From positions 35,092,001 through 35,156,000 of the forward strand of contig OX597835.1 of assembly GCA_951406725.2 (NCBI GenBank): a stretch of DNA of 64,000 bases, read 5' to 3'. Positions within the stretch are counted from its first letter, which is position 1. Each line of letters starts with the position of its first letter. This DNA is from Octopus vulgaris (lineage: Eukaryota). The notes under the pieces were generated by a model. It saw nothing but the letters and a program-made list of their open reading frames with translations, was not told the DNA's origin and searched no databases. A program made the translations under genes and the position numbers. Of the stretch, positions 55,474 through 64,000 are shown piece after piece.

Positions 55474-55517
<44 letters not shown>

Positions 55518-55635
55518 ATATACATCAACTCGTACGCTCACACACGCATATAGGCATACGCACACAATAATTCCCAAGGATGGAAAAGTTCTCATCTATA
55601 ACTTTTTTAAAGAATCAATGCCGGTTAACACGTGT

Positions 55636-55679
<44 letters not shown>

Positions 55680-55843
55680 TTGTGTATCAGCGTAGATACA
55701 TATCCATATATATATATATTTATATGTAAGTGTGCGTACTGGTATGTGTTCACATACTTCTATATGAATATATTCATGTACACTCACATAATAAACATCT
55801 CTATAATGATGTGCATGCATTATGAATATACATATATATATGC

Positions 55844-55957
<114 letters not shown>

Positions 55958-56466
55958 GGATATATATATATGTATATATATAAATATATATGTATATATG
56001 TATATATATATAGATGAGTGTGTATATATAAACACATATATGTGTATATAAATATATGTATATACGTGTATATGTACATGCATTCATATGCATACATACA
56101 TACACACAGGCACATAGACACATACATATGCCTCAACGCTATGAGGCTGTGCATCAGTGCACGTGCGGGTTTGTAAATGTCCCTGTCTGTGTGTATATAT
56201 ATATATATGTTTGTGTGTATATATAGCATTGTATGTGTGTATGTGTATGAGGGAGTGCATAAATTTCTTTGTATGTGTGTGTGTGTGTGTTAGCGAGTGT
56301 ACAGTGCACTCATACATGTATCCATATAGACGGAAATATAGTGAAAGCTGTGTAAGGAACAATCGTGATATTACCGAAAGAAATTAGCAACAAGGAAACT
56401 GTACAATATTAGAAGCATTTCTCGAAAGACCGCTGCTGGAGCAGCGATGCTTGTTCAGTGAAGGTA

Positions 56467-56501
<35 letters not shown>

Positions 56502-57569
56502 TCGAGTGTAGAGAGAATAAGAATCTGGAGTTTCCTCTCTCTAGCCATAACCTTTAGCAAATATCAAATTTAGGATGAATGCTATAAAGATAATGGAATA
56601 AATGTCCTGAAGGTGTAAGAAAGGAAATATTTTAATGGCGATAAGAATTCATAATGGCTGTTTAGACTTGACTCCTGTTCGCTCTATGGTCTCTCTCTCT
56701 CCCTCACTCTGCCATTCTCTGTCTCACTCTTTATATCTTTCCTATTCTTCCATCTTTCATATTCTCCTCTATATATCTATATATCTCTTTCTTAAACTTA
56801 TTGCTTTTTACTCCTTCTCTTTAATATTTTTCTTTCTTTTTCATATTATTTTTTTCCCTGTCTCTTTGTATCACACACTCTTTTTCTATCTCCTCACTCT
56901 CGTCTACACTTTCACTTTCACTTTCAGCTTCATTCATTCTTTCTTTTTCTTTTTTCCTTTTTTCTTTCTTTCTTTCTTTTTTTCTTTCTTTCTTTCTTTC
57001 TTTCTCTTTTTCTTTCTTTCTTTCTTTCTCTTTTTCTTTTTTTCTTTCTTCCTTTCTTTCTTTCTCTCTTTCTTTCTTTCTTTCTTTCTTTCTACCCTCC
57101 TTTCTCTTTCTCTCCCTCCTCTCTCTGTCTCTTTCTCCCTCCCCTTTATCTGCCACTCATTCCAATATCTCTCTTTCTCCTTTTTCTATTTTTCTCTCTT
57201 TCTTTCTTATCATTTTCTTCCTTATTAGTTTCTTTTCACACTAATTACCCCACCTCTTCCCCCCTCTCTCTTTCCTTCATTCACTTTGTCTCTTTCTAGC
57301 TGTCGGTCTTTCTCAAACACACTCTAGCCTTCTCTTTCTCTTTATTCGTATCTTTCTTTCTGTCTTATTCTTCACTCACATTGTCTAATTCTCTTACAAT
57401 TTCACTCTGTCTCTCTCTTTTTCTCCCTCTCTGTTTTACTACTCAGTCTCTCTAGTTCCTTTCGCCACTCTCTCTTGTCCGAACAATTTGCCTCTTTCTA
57501 CCACACTTTCCCTCATTAATTTCTTCTCTCTTTTTTTTTTACCAATCATTCTTTCTGTCCATCACTTTC

Positions 57570-57604
<35 letters not shown>

Positions 57605-58009
57605 TCCTGTTCTCTTTCTCTCCGTGTCTCTTTATCGCCTTATCGTTTCATTTCTCGATGAATATGCATATTTTAATGCATATGTATGTATGTGTTTGTG
57701 TTTATGTGAGTATGTCTGCATTCATGTATACATGCATGTATGAATGTATGTATGTATGTAAGATTGTATGTATGCATGTATGTATGTATGCAGGCATAAA
57801 TCTATGTAAGCGCATATATGTATGTACATATATACGTGAATATCTAACAGCTTTCGTATGCGTTGGTATGAACGAATATATGTACGTAGTTATGTATGCA
57901 TGTATATATGTATTCATGTATGGATATATGCATGTACGTTTATATATGTACGTATGTGTATGGCATACGTATGTGAATATGAATCAACTATTGTATGCAT
58001 CTATGTATG

Positions 58010-58353
58010 TCATTATTTAGTTCATTTCAAGATTTCTTGTCAATAGAGAAAGAACCAGCTTCTAACCAAGATCTGAGGCTCCTTCATTGGAATTTAAACA
58101 TCAACAACAGGGTTTTTGTTTGTTTGTATGTATGCATGTATGTATGTGCAGATTTGTATGTTTTACGAATGTATTCTCATGCATAAATTCTTCGAATGAG
58201 CTTTCTCCTTTTTGGTTTTGTGAAGACTAATTTCTCAAGATTGGTATTTAGGCTGTGTGTCACATATCCCGGGGTCCCAATAATTACAGGTATAAACCTG
58301 AACTTGTAATCTGCATAGAATAACTGCAGATTTCTCAATAGTTCAGCATAGGT
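58010..58353 (-). mobile_element. 5'-truncated RLE-type LINE (R4/Dong-like) in (CATA)n
   Basis: TYAELLRNLQLFYADYKFRFIPVIIGTPGYVTHSLNTNLEKLVFTKPKRRKLIRR, followed by a 3' UTR; (CATA)-type repeats on both sides. Confidence 0.75.
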
Positions 58354-58971
58354 GTATGTATGTATGTATGTATGTATGTATGTATGTATGTATGTATGTA
58401 TATGTGTATATATGTATGTATGTATAAATGCATAGCTGTTAGAATGTTTGAATGCATGAACGTATGTATGTATATATGTACGAACATATGTATATAAGTA
58501 TGTATGCATGCGTATGTGCATGTATGTACATGCGTATGTACATGTATATATATTCTTATACATATATGTGCATATATGTGTCGGCGTGTCTGTGTGGTTA
58601 AGTAGCTCACTTAGCAACCACTTTGACTTCGGGTTCGGTCCTAATGTGCGGCACCTTTGGCAAGTGTCTTCTACGATAGCCGCAGATCGACCTTTTGAGT
58701 GATAGAAGCTGTGCTGAAACCCGACTCCGCAGACACAGAATATGATGATATAAACCAACAGATACACCGTGTAAGTTCTATAGCTGGTCATCCGTTAGGT
58801 TCCAAGTTCACAGTTGAGGCCGGAGCTAGGGGACCGTAGTAGGCTTCCGAGTCAGCAGGTATATATTAAACGAAAAGAAACACAAAACCAAGACCGGACG
58901 TGTATCTCAGGTCATTTAGAATTTTTAATTAGAGTAAGGTGAATCAAAAATGGAAAAATAGAAGTAATTTA

Positions 58972-59049
58972 TGTCTTACAGCTGTTTCTGAGATATCCCA
59001 GGTGATGGGCCAACATCCCTATACACTGGCTATTCCGTCTTCAGAGACA
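58972..59049 (-). ncRNA. Type I hammerhead ribozyme
   Basis: tgtct CTGAAGA cggaatagcc...ggatatctca GAAA CAGCTG TA agaca. Confidence 0.7.
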
Positions 59050-59130
59050 AGGTGTGCATGCAGGAAAGTTCCAGACAGAGAATTCAGTGTATATAAATGA
59101 ATAAAACAGTGGATAGCAGAATACACATCT

Positions 59131-59208
59131 TGTCTCTGATGACAGGACACCCTGTGTATGGAGACGTTGACCCATCACCTGGGATATCCCAGAAACAGCT
59201 GTAAGACA
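59131..59208 (+). ncRNA. Type I hammerhead ribozyme
   Basis: tgtct CTGATGA caggacaccc...gggatatccca GAAA CAGCTG TA agaca. Confidence 0.7.
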
Positions 59209-59312
59209 TAAATTACTTCTATTTTTCTATTTTTGAGTCACCTTACTCTAATTAAATATTCTGAACGACCTCAGATACGCGACCTGCCTTGGTTTTGTTT
59301 TCCTCTTCTTTG

Positions 59313-59363
<51 letters not shown>

Positions 59364-59365
<2 letters not shown>

Positions 59366-59516
59366 TCCCCGTAACATAGCGGTTCGGCAAAAGGGACCGA
59401 CAGAATAAGTACTAGGCTTACAAAGAATAAGTCCTCGGGTCGATTTGCTCGACTAAAGGCTGTGCTCCAGTATGGCTGCAGTCAAACGGCTGAAACAGAT
59501 AAAAGAATAAAAGAAT
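59364..59516 (+). mobile_element. SINE family A tail
   Basis: catccccgtaac...ctgaaacagataaaagaataaaagaa. Confidence 0.8.
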
Positions 59517-59737
59517 ATATATATGTGTGTGTGTGGTGAGTGTATGTGTATATGGATGTGTGTGTGTGTCTCAGATACACATAAGAGAAAAAGAGAGGGA
59601 CCGAGAGAGAAAGAACAAGAAAAAGGGACAGAGAGAGAGAGAAAAGAGAGAGGTAGGGGTATAGGTCATAATTGAACTGTTATTAAGTATAATACTACGA
59701 GAAGCATTGTCTTTGACGACAGACCTTAACATTTATA

Positions 59738-60042
59738 CCCGCCACCACCACCACCGCCACCACCGCCACCATCACCACCACCATCACCACCACCGCCACC
59801 ACCACCACCACCACCACCACCACCACTACCACCACCAATGCCATCATCTCCACTACTGACACCGACATCGTCACAGCCGCCGGCAGCACTGTCGCCACTT
59901 CCATCACACCACCGTCAGCTACCACCACCACCGGACCACAACCACCACCACCAGCACCAGCACCACCAGCACCACCAGCACCAGCACCACCACCTCCATC
60001 ACTACCACTACTCCGACCACCACCACCACCACCACCACCACA
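59738..60042. repeat. (CAC/CAG)n tract
   Basis: Directly visible. Confidence 0.9.
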
Positions 60043-61020
60043 ATGACACCAACTGCGTCGTGACCGTGGACCGTGGACCATCATTAACGCAGACTGAGCT
60101 AATCATTTACAATTTATCCGCAGTTTGTTTCCTTTCCTTAACTACACACATTTAACCAATCACTAATTATGCCTTCATTTGACTGCGGCTCTGCTGGAGC
60201 ACCGCATTAAACGTTTTTTTTTTCAGTCGCAGAAATCGACTTATTCTTTGTGAGCCTAATATTTATTCTAACGGTCTTATGCTGGACCGCTAGGTTACGA
60301 TGACGTAAACACACCAACATCGGTTGTCAAGCGATGGCGAGGGACATATACGTATATATGTGTGTGTATATACATACACATACACACACACACACATATA
60401 CATATACATAGACACGACAGAAGTAAATAGACACCCTTATAATCGTTAAAATTTATTTTAATCTGAAATTATTCATTTCAATTATTTATATGCCTTCAAT
60501 CCTCTACTCCTCTCTCTCTCTCTCTCTCTCACTCTCTCTCTCTTTCTCTCCTCTCTCCTCTCTCTCTCTCTCTCACTCTCTCTCTCTTTCTCTCCTCTCT
60601 CCTCTTTCTCTCTCTCTCTCTCTCTCTCGTACTTTGCTATCCTTAACTGACGGCTATTGTGTCTTTTAAATTGTTTTTGAAGGGTAGCCATGCTGAGGGG
60701 CACCTCTTTGAAGAATTTTAGTCGGACAAATCGACAACTTATTCTATTGGTTGTCTTTTGCCGAACTGCTAAGTTACAGCGACATAAACAAACCGAAACC
60801 GGTTGTCAAACAGTGTAGGTGGGGCGAACAAACACTGGCGCAAAGACACTCACACACCCACTCAGTAATACATCGTTTATTTTATAGAAATTTAAAAATT
60901 TCGAGCGAACATGAAATAATGCCGTTTATATAGGGTAAAAAAATCCACTTTTGATAGAAAAAAGTCGAAAGCTACTCATGAGACTTTATCTAAAAGTGAT
61001 TTTTAACCCGGTATTAACCC

Positions 61021-61214
61021 GAGCAGGTCAACAGAGGAAAGAGAGAAAGTTGTGGCGAAAGAGTACAGCAGGGATTGCCACCCCGCTGCCGGAGTCTCGT
61101 GGAGCTTTTAGGTGATTTTGCTCAATAAACACTCACAAAGCCCAGTCTGGGAATCGAAACCGCGATCCTACGACCACGAATCCGCTGCCCTAAGCACTGG
61201 GCCATTGCGCCTCC

Positions 61215-61215
<1 letters not shown>
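61021..61215 (-). mobile_element. SINE family C, 5' part
   Basis: Head tggaggcgcaatggcccagtg at the right end. Confidence 0.85.
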
Positions 61216-61304
<89 letters not shown>

Positions 61305-61703
61305 ATCTATCTATCTATATGTATGAATGTATATGTATATATACATATATATACACACAACACACATATGTCTTGGCTACTTGAGAGAAGATTCAACGAT
61401 TGTTTTACTTAGAGTCCTAGAACCGTTGCTATAATGAGAGAGAGAGAGAGAGAGAGAGGGGGGAGAGAAAAAGAGAGAAAGAGAAAGGGAGAGAGAGAAA
61501 AAAGATAGAGTGTGTGTAGTGGGGGGAGGGATGACGAGTGTGAGTGATTTCCAAATATATTTTTAGTTTACCTGTCTACCTATATTGTCTTTACCTGTTT
61601 ACGGAAATCGCTAAGTGACCAACAGCTACATTTACTATTAGTTATTTATAGATTTCACAGGAGAAACGCGTGAATGCGTACGCGTGTGTACGTATGTGTC
61701 TAC

Positions 61704-61748
<45 letters not shown>

Positions 61749-61912
61749 TCTTCAAGTAAGCGTATTTGATGTATGTGTGTTTATAGGTAAACAAGAGTAC
61801 GTTTGTATATGTATAAATAAAAGAACTTTGAAATGTTGGCTTCACCCAACGCTCACTCAGCAGAAACACGTGTACTCAAATACTCTTTGAAGGGTAGCTA
61901 AATGTCCTTGTG

Positions 61913-62347
61913 GAGTCGCGTGGCCTAGTGGTTAGGGGTGTTAGACTCATTATCATAATATTGTGGTTTCGATTCCGGGACTCGGCAACATGTGCTCTTT
62001 TTACGTTTCTTCTTTTCCTTCACGACGGGAGGATGGAGTTCTTCCCTCTTGTCTGGAAGTCCTTCCATTCCTTCCGCCGCCTCAGGATCCATTGGTGAAC
62101 AACCATTCTTGCCCACCGTCTTTCTTTTTTTCCCTTTCTTTTTTGATAGGGTTGCCTCTCCCTCGACTTCTTCCCTCTCCCTCCAATGGGGGAGCAGGGG
62201 GATTTTCTATTAACTGTTCCAGGACCTTTGCTTGGTTCATTTCACGTTGCTCCAGTTCGCTCAGCTCTGCGAAAGTGAGTAATCCGGCAATGGACTAGCT
62301 TCCCGTCCAGGTGGGGAATATACACATCAGGGAAACCGGCCTTATGG
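61913..62347 (+). mobile_element. D-type SINE (tail 4) interrupted by an inverted LINE ORF1 fragment (61996-62238)
   Basis: Head cgcgtggcctagtggttaggg...ggtttcgattccgg; body resumes atttcacgttgctccag at 62239. Confidence 0.7.
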
Positions 62348-62484
62348 CTCTGGAAAGTACTTTAATCATTTTATAACCATTTATCATTTAATTATCTTGA
62401 GAAAAAAAGAAAGAAAGCAAAAACAACAAAAACAAAAAGTAACACAGCAGCCGGAAGTGATAGATAGTTTCTTTATTTTTTAAT

Positions 62485-62900
62485 TTTTCAGCCATTGCAC
62501 TACGGCCACGCTGGGGCACCGCGTTGAAGGGCTTGAATTGAACAAATTGACCAAAGTACTTCAGTTTTTTTTTTGTTTTCCAAATTTGTTACTTATTCTA
62601 TCTATCTCTTTCACCGAAGCGCTAAGTTACGGCAACGTAAAAACTCCAACACCAGTTGCCAAGCGATATTATGGTACGCAACACAATCCTAAGACGCACA
62701 CACACACACAAATACACGCATGCACACACACACATACACACACACATATGTACGACAGGTTTCTTTCAGTTTCTGCCTGCCAAATCCACTGAAAAAGCAT
62801 TGATCGACCTTGTACTTATAGTAGAAGAAACTTGCCCCAGGTTACATGCAATGGGATTAAACTCGAGACCACATAGTTGCAAAGCAAGCTTCATAACCAT
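62485..62900 (-). mobile_element. Diverged SINE family A
   Basis: Homology to family A; further tail fragments at 60175-60345 and 60680-60840. Confidence 0.7.
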
Positions 62901-63003
62901 GTGTATATGTATAGACAAAGATATATCCATGAACATACATACATACATACGTACATACGTACATACATAAATACATACATACGTACATACATACGTACAT
63001 ACA

Positions 63004-63154
63004 TGGAGAAACTGTGTACAGTTGTGGAAATTAGCTGCCCAGCGGATGTTAACATAAAGCTGAAGATCAGTGAAAAAGAGAATACCTATTCAGTCACTCT
63101 ATCCAGATTACAAATTCAAGTTTATACCTGTAATTATTGGTGCCCTGGGATATG
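63004..63154 (+). pseudogene. RLE endonuclease fragment of the same LINE family as 58010-58353
   Basis: EKLCTVVEISCPADVNIKLKISEKENTY / LYPDYKFKFIPVIIGALGY; preceded by (CATA)n. Confidence 0.75.
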
Positions 63155-63705
63155 AAGGGAGGAGACTGACAACAGCTTGGGTGTGTGGGCTGCCACCCGA
63201 TATAGAGCTCGAATGGATAGAATACACTATCCATCGGGGTCTGGGTGGCAGCACTGTCAAGCTCTTGAATGTCAGAATTCTCCCCGCGGCTGATTGGGTG
63301 GGGTCAAAAGCAATTTTGACCCTATGGACCCAATCAGCCGATGATCTGATTTTGCCAGATTTTCTAACAATGGCCGGTTCCAGGTACCTGGTGATCTTTG
63401 AGGGATGTCCCCCCCCCACCGCCAAGTGTCACCTGTGTCTGGAATTGGTCAACATAAAGAAAAACTGCCGCCGGAACCAAGCAAAGGTCCTGGAATAGTT
63501 AAAAGATCCCCCTGCTCCCCCATTGGAATGGGTGGGAAAGAGGGAGGAAGTCGAGGGGAGGCAACCCCATCGAAAAAGAAAGGGAGAAAAAGAAAGAAGG
63601 TGGGCAAGAATGGTTGCCCACCTATGGGTCCAGAGGCGGCAGGAGGAATGGAAAGACTTCCAGACAAGACGGAGGAAAAGATGAAACGTAAAAAGAAGAA
63701 CGGGA
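63155..63705 (+). pseudogene. L1/Tx1-like ORF1 fragment with degenerate zinc knuckle
   Basis: TTAWVCGLPPDIELEWI...LPDFLTMAGSRYLVIFEGCPP..KCHLCLELVNIKKNC (CX2CX4[H to N]X4C). Confidence 0.6.
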
Positions 63706-63841
63706 CATTGTATATATGTATATATATATATGTATGTGTGTGTGTGTGTATACATATATACAGAAGAAGAAGAAGAAGAAGAGAAGAAGACACACACACA
63801 CACACACTCACACACGTATATATATATAGACTTTTGTCCAG

Positions 63842-63896
<55 letters not shown>

Positions 63897-64000
63897 CATA
63901 CGTACGCACAGACTTATCAAGAAGTGCGTTAAATTAAACAATTCCACAACAATCGAAAACCCATTACGTCGTATATATTATTTGAACGTAAATAAAATTA

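Larger units (their letters stand above)
58862..59320. mobile_element. PLE-like element: about 195-bp diverged inverted repeat (58862-59056 / 59123-59320)
   Basis: Arms are reverse complements, each with an HHR; right end at long (TA)n, left end at short tatatatt. Confidence 0.75.

Noticed and set aside
60932-61010. Short imperfect inverted repeat
   Set aside because: AT-rich and gapped; too weak to interpret.

Overview
Eukaryotic, AT-rich, apparently non-genic (intronic or intergenic) DNA dominated by microsatellites ((TA)n, (CA)n, (CATA)n, (GA)n, (TAA)n, (TAC)n) and dispersed retroelements. The repeat content strongly suggests an octopus (coleoid cephalopod) genome; this is an inference from repeat style, not a database result. 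I could not support any intact host gene: nearly all ORFs in the track are microsatellite or SINE translations. Supported features: four tRNA-head SINE families (my labels A-D), a decayed Tc1 transposase, a mariner-type non-autonomous element, fragments of RLE-type (R4/Dong-like and HERO-like), RTE-like and L1/Tx1-like LINEs, and a Penelope-like (PLE) GIY-YIG pol fragment. The most notable signal is about 13 type I hammerhead ribozyme (HHR) motifs plus one partial one in short PLE-like units, most ending at (TA)n tracts. Three unrelated elements among them share one layout: a divergent inverted repeat whose two 3' ends point outward into TA-rich sequence. All alignments and folds were done by eye; most coordinates are good to about 10 bp.
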